The notes beneath the pieces were generated by a model, which saw only the letters and a list, made by a program, of their open reading frames with translations, had not been told where the DNA came from and ran no database searches. Positions 9,157-18,769 of a DNA stretch of 64,000 nucleotides are shown here, one piece after another. The first letter of the stretch is position 1. Each line of letters begins with the position of its first letter. The translations under genes were made by a program, and so were the position numbers. Location of the stretch: assembly GCA_965205975.1 (NCBI GenBank), contig OZ242195.1, forward strand, positions 4,960,001 to 5,024,000, given 5' to 3'. Source of the DNA: Candidatus Latescibacterota bacterium (GTDB lineage: Bacteria > Latescibacterota > UBA2968).

Positions 9157-10179
9157 TCAAGCAGGTGTCAGGGCTTCTCTGGCAGCTTGAGCTTGAGGTG
9201 AGTTGGGATCGCGTCGTATGGCGCGATTCATAGCAAGATGTGCGCGTTCATCTCCGGTTTTAGCCAGTTCGAGGGCTTCTGCAAAACCTTTCTCCGAATA
9301 GCTGAGGTCGCGGGGTATGATGCGATTATCCTGGTTTTCCCAATAGTATTTGAGGTCGTCGTTTTCCCAGTCTTTGTACACGTCTTCCCAGGTAAGATTG
9401 TTGAAGATGTTTAGATGGGGTTCTAACATGTGCTCAGATAGGGTGTCGCCGAGTTTTTGATAGCGGTTGTCGAGGGAGACGCGAAGGCGGTCTTCGGTGA
9501 GGTTTGGTAGAGCCTGGTGTACCGTGAGTGCGGGGAAGATGAGGGTATCGCCGATTTCGTAGTTGGTGCTGTGCCATTGGCCTTCCAATTCGTCGGTGTG
9601 GATGCACAGGCCGCCCGCGCCCAGGGAGAAGTGGTGGTTCATCACGGCGTTGATTTTGTGAGAGCCGGGCAGTACGGCGAGGCCACCCAGTTCAATGGGG
9701 CAGTCGCCAACAGGTGCCCAGCAGGTGTAGGTGTCGAAGTTGCCCTGAAAGTGTACAAAGTCCTGGTGTATCGGTGTGGTGTGCGCCGTGTATTTCGGAA
9801 ACCACAGGCGAGCGACTTTGTGCGGATGCGGGAAGACAGGGCCATCCATTACTTTTTTGAGCAGGTCGAGAACTTCTGGTTCATGGGCGATGCGGTGAAA
9901 GGCTTCGAGTTTGTACACTTCGTGATATACGTCGGTGTATTCGGTGTCGCCTTCGGTACACTGTTTGGATATATCGGCGATGCCATCTATGGGATCGGTT
10001 CCCTCGACGAGCCAGGGGGTCATTTTGTTGAGCATTTGTCGCCGCAAATCCCAGAGTTTGTCCGGGTTCTGTAATTTGCGAAAGAAGAGGTACCCTTCTT
10101 CATTGATGCGCCGCCGCAACTCTTCCGAATCGTTGATCGCGTCGTTGGATACGCGCAATTCTGCAATCTGGTCAGTCAT
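9157..10179 (-). CDS. Phytanoyl-CoA dioxygenase (PhyH) family Fe(II)/2OG oxygenase
   Basis: TPIHQD (HxD), GGLAVLPGSH, TVH, RVSLDNRY. Confidence 0.88.
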   Translation of the reverse strand: MTDQIAELRVSNDAINDSEELRRRINEEGYLFFRKLQNPDKLWDLRRQMLNKMTPWLVEGTDPIDGIADISKQCTEGDTEYTDVYHEVYKLEAFHRIAHEPEVLDLLKKVMDGPVFPHPHKVARLWFPKYTAHTTPIHQDFVHFQGNFDTYTCWAPVGDCPIELGGLAVLPGSHKINAVMNHHFSLGAGGLCIHTDELEGQWHSTNYEIGDTLIFPALTVHQALPNLTEDRLRVSLDNRYQKLGDTLSEHMLEPHLNIFNNLTWEDVYKDWENDDLKYYWENQDNRIIPRDLSYSEKGFAEALELAKTGDERAHLAMNRAIRRDPNSPQAQAAREALTPA

Positions 10180-10417
10180 GGCCTGCTCCTGGGTTAATGA
10201 GGAGATTTGGGCGATTTCTCTTCGGGAGAGTTGGTCTGCAATTTATAATTATAGGCTTTATATTTTAGAATGCAACCCAAATTAACAAAAGACGTTTTAA
10301 TTTGCATAACTCGCCAACCTCTGACAGGGCATCGCAAACTTTGTTTGCCAAATTTGTGTAAATCTTCGATAATTAAGAGCGATACTCTGGTGGTGCTAAC
10401 TAACTACTGAATTTGCC

Positions 10418-13400
10418 ATGAATCCCAAATCTTCACTTTTGCCGCGTATTTCGGTGTTGCGACCCGTGTCCGTTACCATGTGCCTTGTCGCGCTGTTGGT
10501 GCTGGGGGCGGTGGCGTATGTGCGTATGCCCGTCGAGATGATGCCCGATGGTTTGACGCCGCCCTTTTTGGCTGTGTCTGTTGGGTTTCGCAATGCCTCT
10601 CCGCAGGAGACCGATCAACAGATTACCCTGCCGCTGGAAGAGACGCTGCGTACTGTAAAGGGTATTAAGTCCATGCGTAGCTACAGCTCTCGGGGCGCAC
10701 GCGTGCATATGGAATTTCGCCAATATACAGATATGGTGGCTGCGTACAATCAGGTTTCGGATCGGCTCGAGCGCCTCAAGCCCTTGCTGCCGGAAGAGGC
10801 GCGAGACGAGGTGCGTATTCACAAATACGATCAGGATTCGTGGCCTGTTATGTATGTGGCTGTGGCAGTAGATCCGGCTATTGCGGAACCCTTTCAGTTT
10901 ATCGAGACCTTTGTGCAGTATCCTCTGGAGCGCGTGGATGGGGTTGGGCGCGTGGATATTTTTGGCGCAGATCGCAAGGAAGTGATGGTGGAGGTGGATC
11001 AAGAGCGCATGAGGGCGCGCGGTGTGCGCATTGGCGAGATTGTTTCGACCTTGAGGAGCGACAATTTCGCACTTGCCGGGGGCTATGTGCGCGAAGGCAC
11101 AAAGAAATTTTACGTGCGGTCGCTGGCGCAGTATGTCACGTTGCGGGAAATTGAAAATATCCAGATTCAATCGCGAGCAGGCAAAGTGCGCCTGGGCGAT
11201 GTGGCTTCGGTGGTTTTCGAGGTGCCCGAAAAGTCGTGGACGCAGCGCATTGATGGCAAAAGAGGTATGAGTTTTGGCATCAGACAGGAATCGGGTGCAA
11301 ATGTCGCGGATGTGACCGATCGGGTTGTGGCAAAATTGAATGCTATCGAAGAAGATCCGCGCATGGCCGGGCAGGTGTCGTTTCAGGTGATGTTCAATCA
11401 GGGATTTTTTGTTAAGGAATCGATTCGCAACCTTCGGGAAACCGGGCTTTGGGGCGGGTTATTTGCCGCACTGGTGTTGTTGTTCTTTTTGCGTACCGTG
11501 CGGATGACGGCCATTATTACTTTGGCTATTCCGCTGTGTGTGATGATTGCGATGACCGCGTTGTATTTTGTCGGCTGGTCGCTCAATGTGGTGACTATGA
11601 TGGGGCTTATGGTTGGGATTGGGCTGGTTGTGGATAATGCTATTGTGATTTTGGAGAATATTTATCGCCGGCGGGGCAATGGCGAGGCACCCGAAGATGC
11701 CGCTATCTTTGGCGCGAGTGAGGTGGGGCAGGCCATTACTATGGCGACGTTTACGACGGTAGTGGTGTTTTTGCCCATGATGTTGTTTAGCGGCAATATG
11801 TTTATGACTTTTTACATGACGCGCATGGGTGTTCCGGTTGGGGTGGCTCTGGTGGGGTCGCTATTTGTGGCGCTGTTGTTTATTCCCCTGGCGTCGGTGC
11901 GATTGGGCAAAGGTCGGGTGCGTCCCAATCCCCAAATTATTGTGAAGGCGCGAGGAATTTATGAACGCATGTTGAGTTGGACATTGCGACACCGTCGGGA
12001 CGCGGTGTTGATCGCGCTGGCACTTGCGGCAACGACGATGTATCCCATGGATAATCTGAAGCGCGCAGACCGCCACCGCGGGGACAAGTTTAACGATTTG
12101 GACGTGCGGTTGAGGTTGCCGCGTCACTTTTCGCCAGAAGAAACCGAGGATATTGTGGGAGAGGTCGAGGAATTTCTGGAGGCACGGCGCGAAAAATACG
12201 GCTATGAAACCCTGCGCGTTTACTACCGACCTGGCTACGGTAATCTGAGCATGTATATGCCGGCCAAGAGCGATGATCCGTGGTGGTACGTGGCGTACAA
12301 AAATACGCGCAATGCTCTGGGGATACCCGTTGCTGGGCCTATGGAACGAGCTGAGGTCGTGGAAGATATTAGCAAAAATATGCCCAGATATGTGGGTGTG
12401 CGGAATTCCGTGGAAGGGCGTGGCGATGGGGGCGGTGGTGGCGAGCCGGGCGTGTCAATTTATCTGGTAGGCGATGATACCGAGGTCCTGGTCAGTCTCG
12501 TCGATGAGGTGGAGCGGCGTTTGAGGCAAATCCCGTCTCTCGTTGGCGTTGATACGGATTTGGAACTGGCCGATGACGAGGTGCGGGTCGTGATTGATCG
12601 GGAGCGGGCGAAACGACTTGGGATTTCTGTACGGGATGTTGCGCGCTATATTTCTTATGGCCTGCAAGGCGTGTCGTTGCCTCGTTTTAAGTCCGATGAC
12701 GGCGAGGTGCGGGTGCGGCTTTTTCTGGAGAGGGCAGACCGACAAAATTTGAATCAGTTGCGCAATTTTCCGTTTGAGACCGACGATGGTACAGAAGTGG
12801 CTTTGAGCGAAGTCGCCTTCTTCCAGGTCTCGCGAGGGATGGGGCGCATTGCGCGGTACGATGGCAAGGTCAAGTTGCGTATCAGAGCTTATACGACGCG
12901 GGCAGATATTAAGGGTCTGGCCGAGGAGATTGACAAAGTGATGGATGGTCTCGAGTTGCCCCGCGGGTATTCGTGGGACAAGGGTGAGAGTTTTAAACGC
13001 CTTGAAGAGGACGCAGCCTCTGAGCGACTGGGGATTGTGATGGCGGTGACGTGTGTGTTTTTGTTGATGGGCGTTTTGTTCGAGTCGTTTATTTTGCCGT
13101 TTTCAGTGCTTTTTTCAATTCCATTTTCTTTTTTGGGTGTTTACTGGACGCTGTATTTGACAGATACGCCCATGGATAGAATGGCGTCTGTGGGGGTGAT
13201 TGTGTTGATTGGGGTGGTGGTGAATAACGCGATTGTGCTGGTGGATATGGTCAATCGCTTGCGTGCCGATGGTATGAATCGCTTTGATGCAATTATGGAA
13301 GCGGGGCGCAATCGCTTTCGTCCCATTTTGATGACGACGTTTACAACGGTATTTGGCTTGCTGCCTATGGCAGTGGGCGATAGCAATGCTATGGGTACGT

Positions 13401-13585
13401 CTTATGCGCCTTTGGGGCGCACGATGATGGGCGGGCTGTTGGCTTCGACATTCCTGACTTTGCTGGTTGTGCCTTTGTTTTATACTTTGCTCGACGATTT
13501 GCGTCTGGCGATTCGGCGTTTGAGCGCTGGTGTGTTTGCCTCTCGCGCTGGCGATGAGGTTTATGATACGGCTGACGATGATTGA
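10418..13585 (+). CDS. RND efflux permease (AcrB/SwrC-like)
   Basis: 1055 aa; RPVSVTM, GLVVDNAIVILENI, GVVVNNAIVLVD, RFRPILMTT. Confidence 0.93.
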   Translation: MNPKSSLLPRISVLRPVSVTMCLVALLVLGAVAYVRMPVEMMPDGLTPPFLAVSVGFRNASPQETDQQITLPLEETLRTVKGIKSMRSYSSRGARVHMEFRQYTDMVAAYNQVSDRLERLKPLLPEEARDEVRIHKYDQDSWPVMYVAVAVDPAIAEPFQFIETFVQYPLERVDGVGRVDIFGADRKEVMVEVDQERMRARGVRIGEIVSTLRSDNFALAGGYVREGTKKFYVRSLAQYVTLREIENIQIQSRAGKVRLGDVASVVFEVPEKSWTQRIDGKRGMSFGIRQESGANVADVTDRVVAKLNAIEEDPRMAGQVSFQVMFNQGFFVKESIRNLRETGLWGGLFAALVLLFFLRTVRMTAIITLAIPLCVMIAMTALYFVGWSLNVVTMMGLMVGIGLVVDNAIVILENIYRRRGNGEAPEDAAIFGASEVGQAITMATFTTVVVFLPMMLFSGNMFMTFYMTRMGVPVGVALVGSLFVALLFIPLASVRLGKGRVRPNPQIIVKARGIYERMLSWTLRHRRDAVLIALALAATTMYPMDNLKRADRHRGDKFNDLDVRLRLPRHFSPEETEDIVGEVEEFLEARREKYGYETLRVYYRPGYGNLSMYMPAKSDDPWWYVAYKNTRNALGIPVAGPMERAEVVEDISKNMPRYVGVRNSVEGRGDGGGGGEPGVSIYLVGDDTEVLVSLVDEVERRLRQIPSLVGVDTDLELADDEVRVVIDRERAKRLGISVRDVARYISYGLQGVSLPRFKSDDGEVRVRLFLERADRQNLNQLRNFPFETDDGTEVALSEVAFFQVSRGMGRIARYDGKVKLRIRAYTTRADIKGLAEEIDKVMDGLELPRGYSWDKGESFKRLEEDAASERLGIVMAVTCVFLLMGVLFESFILPFSVLFSIPFSFLGVYWTLYLTDTPMDRMASVGVIVLIGVVVNNAIVLVDMVNRLRADGMNRFDAIMEAGRNRFRPILMTTFTTVFGLLPMAVGDSNAMGTSYAPLGRTMMGGLLASTFLTLLVVPLFYTLLDDLRLAIRRLSAGVFASRAGDEVYDTADDD

Positions 13586-13596
13586 GAGGATGTGTG

Positions 13597-13686
13597 ATGG
13601 AAACGGTCATTGGCATGGTTGCGGCAACCGTGTTATGTCTAATTGCGGCCTTGATAGTGAGGTGGCAAGCAAAAAAGAAGAAGTAA
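13597..13686 (+). CDS. 29-aa single-TM small protein METVIGMVAATVLCLIAALIVRWQAKKKK (not in the ORF track)
   Basis: GAGAGGA RBS 6 nt before ATG; hydrophobic helix followed by a basic tail. Confidence 0.55.
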   Translation: METVIGMVAATVLCLIAALIVRWQAKKKK

Positions 13687-13731
13687 CGATTGTGGCGGTT
13701 TTGAGACCGCCACTTTTTTGTTGGATTTATT

Positions 13732-14760
13732 ATGATTGAGAACGACAGTTTAGACAAACGCCCGCTGATGGGCATTACAATGGGCGATCCGTGTGGGATA
13801 GGACCCGAAGTGATTTTGAAGGCTCTGGCGCGTGAGGAAAGCTATCGCGTGTGCAAGCCGCTGGTTATTGGGCATCCGGAAATATTGAAGCGCGATATGG
13901 GTATGGCCAGTGTGCGACTGAATGTGCGGGTTGTGGAGCGACCCGAAGATGGCGCGTTTGAGTTTGGATGCGTTGATGTCTGGTGTCCAGTGGATGTGGA
14001 TGTGGATCAGATCGCTATGGGCGAGGTGTGTTGCGAGGCGGGTAGAGTAGCGGCTGAGTGGGTGATTCGCGCGGTTGATCTGGCGATGGCGGATCGCATT
14101 GACGGGATTGTGACGGCGCCTTTGAATAAGGAGGCGATGAATCTGGCGGGTTATCCCTACGCGGGGCATACGGAATTGTTGGCTGAGAAATCGGGCGCAG
14201 AGCGCGCACATCTCATGCTGGTATCTGATCGCATGAATGTGTCGCATGTGACGGGGCATATTGCGTTACACGAGGTTCCCGATAGGCTTACGGTTGATCT
14301 GATTTACGATACGGTTCGGCTTACCCGTGATGTACTCGTTGGTATGGGCAAGATAGATCCCAGGGTTGCGGTATGCGGGTTAAATCCACACGCGGGTGAA
14401 AATGGCTTATTCGGTAGCGAGGATGCAGAGGTCGTCCGTCCCGCAGTTGAAAAGGCTTTGAGCAAAGGCTGGCGCGTTGATGGGCCTCTGCCTGCGGATA
14501 CGACTTTTTTGAAGGCCTACAACGGAATTTACGACGGCGTGGTGGCGATGTATCACGATCAAGGCCATGTGCCCGCAAAGCTGGTGGCGTTTGACGAGGC
14601 CGTCAATGTGACTCTGGGATTGCCGATTGTGCGGGCGTCTGTGGATCACGGTACGGCTTATGATATCGCGGGCAAAGGTGTTGCCAAAGCCGTAAATATG
14701 TTGCAGGCGATCCGCGTGGGGAGTAAGTTGGCGGTTCAGATTACTCCATCCCCGCAATGA
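13732..14760 (+). CDS. pdxA: 4-hydroxythreonine-4-phosphate / D-threonate-4-phosphate dehydrogenase (PdxA family)
   Basis: ITMGDPCGIGPE, GHTE, GLNPHAGENG, AMYHDQGH, SVDHGTAYDIAG. Confidence 0.92.
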   Translation: MIENDSLDKRPLMGITMGDPCGIGPEVILKALAREESYRVCKPLVIGHPEILKRDMGMASVRLNVRVVERPEDGAFEFGCVDVWCPVDVDVDQIAMGEVCCEAGRVAAEWVIRAVDLAMADRIDGIVTAPLNKEAMNLAGYPYAGHTELLAEKSGAERAHLMLVSDRMNVSHVTGHIALHEVPDRLTVDLIYDTVRLTRDVLVGMGKIDPRVAVCGLNPHAGENGLFGSEDAEVVRPAVEKALSKGWRVDGPLPADTTFLKAYNGIYDGVVAMYHDQGHVPAKLVAFDEAVNVTLGLPIVRASVDHGTAYDIAGKGVAKAVNMLQAIRVGSKLAVQITPSPQ

Positions 14761-15118
14761 TGTCGAGGAGTATGAGGTGTGCGCCGGTGTCGCCGAAGAT
14801 GGGTGTGCGCGTGGGTGCGTTTTCTGGGAAAAATTCGGCGTAGGCGTCGTTGAAGTCCGAAAAAAGAGAGCGATCTTTGAGGATGGCGGTTACTTTTAGA
14901 ACGTTGTCGAGCGATGTTCCCGCGTCTTCGAGTATGCCCGATATGTTGGTGAGAATGCATCGGGTTTGCGTTTTGATATCGTCGCCGACAATTTCATCGG
15001 TTTCCGGATCGACCGGGGGTTGGGCAGAGATGAAGATGAGGTCGCCGTAGATTATAGCCTGGGAGTAGGGGAATTTGGGGATGTTGCCGCGTTTGCTGGT
15101 GAAGGGTTGTTTTTTCAT
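14741..15118 (-). CDS. RidA/YjgF family enamine deaminase
   Basis: PYSQAI, LFISAQ-like, SLDNVLKVT, FFPENAPTR. Confidence 0.85.
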   Translation of the reverse strand: MKKQPFTSKRGNIPKFPYSQAIIYGDLIFISAQPPVDPETDEIVGDDIKTQTRCILTNISGILEDAGTSLDNVLKVTAILKDRSLFSDFNDAYAEFFPENAPTRTPIFGDTGAHLILLDIIAGME

Positions 15119-15213
15119 TGGGTTCTCCTTTTGAGAATGAATGGTGAAGTTTAAATATAATTCTCAATGCGAAAAATAAAAAGATTTAGATATGGTATGG
15201 GAGATGATAGGTG

Positions 15214-15242
15214 GGAACGTTCTGGCGTATTGGGTGGTCTAA
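15214..15242 (+). promoter_or_regulatory. ECF sigma (sigmaE-like) promoter candidate
   Basis: GGAACGT-N16-GTCTAA, about 30 nt upstream of the 15272 ORF. Confidence 0.45.
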
Positions 15243-15271
15243 GGATTAGTGCTAAAAAATAGGAATGCGTT

Positions 15272-15751
15272 TTGGATATCTCAACTCAACGATCTTGGCG
15301 GGGAGACGCCGATACGCTTCGGCGTTTTGTTCTCGCTATTTTGATAATGGGAATTGTCGGCACGGGAGCCGAGCTTGTCCTCCTTGAACATATGGAGGAT
15401 TTCTGGCAGTGGGTGCCTCTCGTGCTCTTTGTGGTGGCACTTCCGTGCGCTGGCTGGCTCTTTATCGCGCCTGGCGTGGCGAGTGTCCGCGTTTTTCAGA
15501 TTGTGATGGTGCTGTTCGTTGTTTCGGGTTTTGTCGGGCAGTGGCTTCACTACAAGGGAAACGTCGAGTTCGAGTTGGAGATGTATCCATCCCGCGGTGG
15601 GCTTGAACTCGTTTGGGAAGCTCTGGGGGGCGCTACCCCGTCGCTTGCACCAGGTACGATGACACTTCTCGGGTTGCTCGGTTTAGCGGTTTGTTTTCGC
15701 CACCCCGGTTTGCGGGCTGGTGAAGTGAGAAATTCTCAGGAGGGAACATGA
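15272..15751 (+). CDS. Uncharacterised 4-TM membrane protein
   Basis: Four hydrophobic segments; ELVLLEH and WLHY...NVEFELE motifs; ATGA overlap with the next gene. Confidence 0.75.
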   Translation: MDISTQRSWRGDADTLRRFVLAILIMGIVGTGAELVLLEHMEDFWQWVPLVLFVVALPCAGWLFIAPGVASVRVFQIVMVLFVVSGFVGQWLHYKGNVEFELEMYPSRGGLELVWEALGGATPSLAPGTMTLLGLLGLAVCFRHPGLRAGEVRNSQEGT

Positions 15752-16446
15752 ATATTTGCGGAAGAGGCGTAAAGTTTACCAATATGGCGGTACTGTTCGT
15801 GTGTTTTGCGATGCTCTGGGGTTGTGGTGGGTCGAACGTGGATGAGACACCTGTCTCCGACGCTCCCGCGGAAGAAGCTGCGAGTAGTGCAATGGTCGTC
15901 AATCCAAATCTCGCAGGAGCCGATGAACTCGGCGCCCTTCCCGGGATGAGCAAGGAACTCGTTGACGCGATTGTGGCGCAGCGCCCGTTCTTGGGAATGG
16001 AAGCATTGCACCCGGTCGTGTCACAGCATCTGGGCCAGGAGGAGATCGAGAAGCTCTACGTTCAGATGTATATTCCGATTAATCTGAATACCGCCAGCGA
16101 GGAGGAGATTCTTCTGGTACCTGGCGTGGGAAAACGGATGGCGCACGAGTTCGAGGAGTACCGTCCGTATTCGGCTATCGCCCAATGGCGCCGTGAGATG
16201 GGCAAATACGTAGATGATACCGAGGTTGCGCGGATGAAGCAGTATGTTTTTGTGCCTATTGACTTGAATACGGCTACTGAGGAGGAGATCCTCGCCATTC
16301 CCGGTGTGGGAAAGCGGATGGCACACGAGTTTGAGGAGTACCGTCCGTATTCGAGTATGGAACAGTTCCGGCGCGAGATTGGCAAGTATGTCGATGATGG
16401 CGAAGTGGCGCGTCTGGAGCGGTACGTAGAAATAAGGAGGCCGTAA
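15748..16446 (+). CDS. Lipoprotein with tandem helix-hairpin-helix (ComEA-like) repeats
   Basis: LWG-C lipobox; INLNTASEEEILLVPGVG repeated with a 180-nt period (16075 and 16255). Confidence 0.8.
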   Translation: MNICGRGVKFTNMAVLFVCFAMLWGCGGSNVDETPVSDAPAEEAASSAMVVNPNLAGADELGALPGMSKELVDAIVAQRPFLGMEALHPVVSQHLGQEEIEKLYVQMYIPINLNTASEEEILLVPGVGKRMAHEFEEYRPYSAIAQWRREMGKYVDDTEVARMKQYVFVPIDLNTATEEEILAIPGVGKRMAHEFEEYRPYSSMEQFRREIGKYVDDGEVARLERYVEIRRP

Positions 16447-17141
16447 TGTCTGTTAATCGCCGACGTTTTCTGTGTCAATCCGCTGCATTGGGTGCGGCGG
16501 TTTTTGTGACGCCAGGGGTTTTTGCCGAGCAACTGACGCTTACGCCCCGGCAAACCGAGGGCCCGTTTTATCCGGATAAAATGCCGCTGGATGTCGATAA
16601 TGATCTCGTGATAATCAACGATGCGATTACGCCCGCAGTGGGAGAGATTACGCATCTGACCGGGCGCGTTTTGGATGTGAATGCCAATCCCGTAAAGGAT
16701 GCCATCGTGGAGATCTGGCAGGTCGATCGCAATGGCGTTTATATTCATACCGATGCTCCGCGGCGCAATAGGCGAGATACAAATTTTCAGGGTTTTGGGC
16801 GTTTTGAGACGGGATCTACAGGTGAATATCGCTTTCGGACGATTAAGCCCGTGCGGTACGGGGGGGCGCGAACCGCTCATATTCATTTTGCGATTAATAA
16901 AAATGGGCACCGGCTTTTGACGTCGCAGATGTACGTGAAAGATAATCCAGACAATGAGTGGGATTCTATTTTCAGGAATACGGGTCGCGCGTCTCACGAT
17001 TTGCTGTCCGTGCCGTTTAAGCCTTTGCCCGGGTCTGAGGTTGGCGAATTGACGGCAAATTTTGATATTGTGATTGGCGAGACGCCCGAAGATCGGGAAA
17101 ATGATCGCGGACGACGAGGCCGGCGACGCGGGTGGTGGTAA
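16446..17141 (+). CDS. Tat-exported intradiol ring-cleavage dioxygenase family protein
   Basis: NRRRFL Tat signal; TEGPFY, VEIWQVDRNGVY, TIKPVRY, RTAHIHF. Confidence 0.85.
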   Translation: MSVNRRRFLCQSAALGAAVFVTPGVFAEQLTLTPRQTEGPFYPDKMPLDVDNDLVIINDAITPAVGEITHLTGRVLDVNANPVKDAIVEIWQVDRNGVYIHTDAPRRNRRDTNFQGFGRFETGSTGEYRFRTIKPVRYGGARTAHIHFAINKNGHRLLTSQMYVKDNPDNEWDSIFRNTGRASHDLLSVPFKPLPGSEVGELTANFDIVIGETPEDRENDRGRRGRRRGWW

Positions 17142-17156
17142 AAAGATAGGATATGC

Positions 17157-17185
17157 TTGACGAAATAATAATTTCTGGCTATTCT
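17157..17185 (+). promoter_or_regulatory. sigma70 promoter candidate
   Basis: TTGACG-N17-TATTCT. Confidence 0.45.
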
Positions 17186-17246
17186 TTTTTGCACTGATGG
17201 TCCATTTCGACGACTGTGGTAAAAGCTCTGGCTAAGGATTTGCTGA

Positions 17247-17648
17247 ATGCATAGAACACCCGAGATTGTTTTCCGGGCAATGAAAGAGGATTCTGATGGT
17301 AAACCGCGAACGGGAAATTCTGCAATAACATTAGGAGTTCGCATCGAGGGAAGCCACGCTGATATTCAGATTGATAGTCAAGGACAAGTACATCCAAAGA
17401 CAGGCGGGATGTCCGTAACACCTGATGATTATAGACAACTACCGAAACATAGATTGCCCGAATCCTTGAGCGGCAGAGGACGCCACCCTATTTTTTCTTT
17501 TCAAATTGCTAACTTACCTTCTACTTTGGCTTTGCGTAAAGATAAACCAGGTCACGCCCTTGTTGAACCATCGAAGTCCTGTTTGTTCGAGGAATATGAG
17601 CAAAATTTACATGGCACCAGAGAAGATTGGGTGAAATGTCATGAGTGA
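17247..17648 (+). CDS. Putative ADP-ribosyltransferase-fold toxin (Tse2-like ART family)
   Basis: FRAM...LGVR...GGMSV...HRLP...HALVEP...TREDW pattern recalled from Tse2-like ART domains; R-S-H/E spacing. Confidence 0.55.
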   Translation: MHRTPEIVFRAMKEDSDGKPRTGNSAITLGVRIEGSHADIQIDSQGQVHPKTGGMSVTPDDYRQLPKHRLPESLSGRGRHPIFSFQIANLPSTLALRKDKPGHALVEPSKSCLFEEYEQNLHGTREDWVKCHE

Positions 17649-17928
17649 AGCTTTCGAGCGATATCGTTTTTTAGAACTTGATCTCATTTATGTCCGCTGG
17701 CAACATGCAGGATTTGAATCTGAGGAAGAAGAGTCAATCTTGGAGGATATGGATGTGGTGTGGTATGAACTGAGCGAAGAAGAGCAACAGTTACTATACA
17801 GCGAAGGGACGAAGTCTTTAATTCGCGACGCCAGCGCAACATTATCGCATAGCTTTGGAACCGATAAAGACATTCTCGGAGATTCCAATTCTGGTACGCC
17901 GGTCCGTAAACTTAAAGAGGTAGCCTGA
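17641..17928 (+). CDS. Small acidic protein, candidate antitoxin/immunity partner
   Basis: 8-nt overlap with the upstream gene; ESEEEESILEDMDVVWYELSEEEQ. Confidence 0.55.
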   Translation: MSEAFERYRFLELDLIYVRWQHAGFESEEEESILEDMDVVWYELSEEEQQLLYSEGTKSLIRDASATLSHSFGTDKDILGDSNSGTPVRKLKEVA

Positions 17929-18359
17929 TGTATCTCACCGCTCACCGAGTTTATGTAAAAAAAGATAATATATGCGGTATTAACGCTTTTCTCCACCGGC
18001 ATGAAGATCATGATTTTCCCGAAGATATACAAAAAGATATAAGTATCGTTGACCGAATCCCCAATCAAAATCCAGGCACACTCATCGCAAAATCCGTAGA
18101 TTTATTGCCGGGAGGCAATGCCGTCCTCAGCTTTGTCGATATAGTTGGTAAAGAAAAAATAAAAAAAAAGCGCATACAATACTTCCTTGACCAAATGGAA
18201 CGCGATATTGAACACCATTTTCAAGAGAGTTATGTACCCATTACCAAATTTGAGTCAGATATCGCCGTTAAATTTGGAGTCACTTATGGCTTACATGGAA
18301 ATGAGATAAGAGAGTATAAGGCCCTCACAGAACCGGCAATGCGTTTATTCGAGGTGTAG
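17928..18359 (+). CDS. Hypothetical protein (143 aa)
   Basis: TGATG coupling; GAGG RBS; AT-rich like its two neighbours. Confidence 0.6.
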   Translation: MYLTAHRVYVKKDNICGINAFLHRHEDHDFPEDIQKDISIVDRIPNQNPGTLIAKSVDLLPGGNAVLSFVDIVGKEKIKKKRIQYFLDQMERDIEHHFQESYVPITKFESDIAVKFGVTYGLHGNEIREYKALTEPAMRLFEV

Positions 18360-18388
18360 AAGCCACCCCAGATGGTGCGAAAAGATCC

Positions 18389-18769
18389 ATGAATAGAAAT
18401 TATATATACGATTTCCGATTTACTGACGTTTTGCTGCGCGTGGTCGTTGCACTGACGCTCATGGGAATGGTTGCGCCCTGTCTGTGCTGGGCGCATCAGG
18501 CTTCGATGCCAGAGTGTCATGCTGCAGCAGAGTTGAAAGATTGCTGTTGCAGCAAAGAGGCGGCGGTCGATCAGCAGATGCCGGCGCGCGATCTGGCTGT
18601 TTTGCCGGGTGAATGGCAAAATCCAAAGTTGGATCTGACTTGTGTGACGTTGTATCCCTCTGTTGTTCTTTCCCAGAGTGATTTCCTTCCTTTTATGGTG
18701 GATGATCGCCAGAGAGCTTTGCGATCACCGCCCGATCTGTATCTCTACCACGCTGCATTTCTCATCTGA
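18389..18769 (+). CDS. Cys/His-rich exported leader protein of the metal-efflux operon (DUF2946-like)
   Basis: Signal-like hydrophobic N-terminus, CLC, ECH, DCCC, C-terminal RSPP. Confidence 0.55.
   Translation: MNRNYIYDFRFTDVLLRVVVALTLMGMVAPCLCWAHQASMPECHAAAELKDCCCSKEAAVDQQMPARDLAVLPGEWQNPKLDLTCVTLYPSVVLSQSDFLPFMVDDRQRALRSPPDLYLYHAAFLI

Noticed and set aside
14741..14760. 20-nt convergent overlap of the pdxA and ridA 3' ends
   Set aside because: Short tail-to-tail overlaps are common; no sign of function
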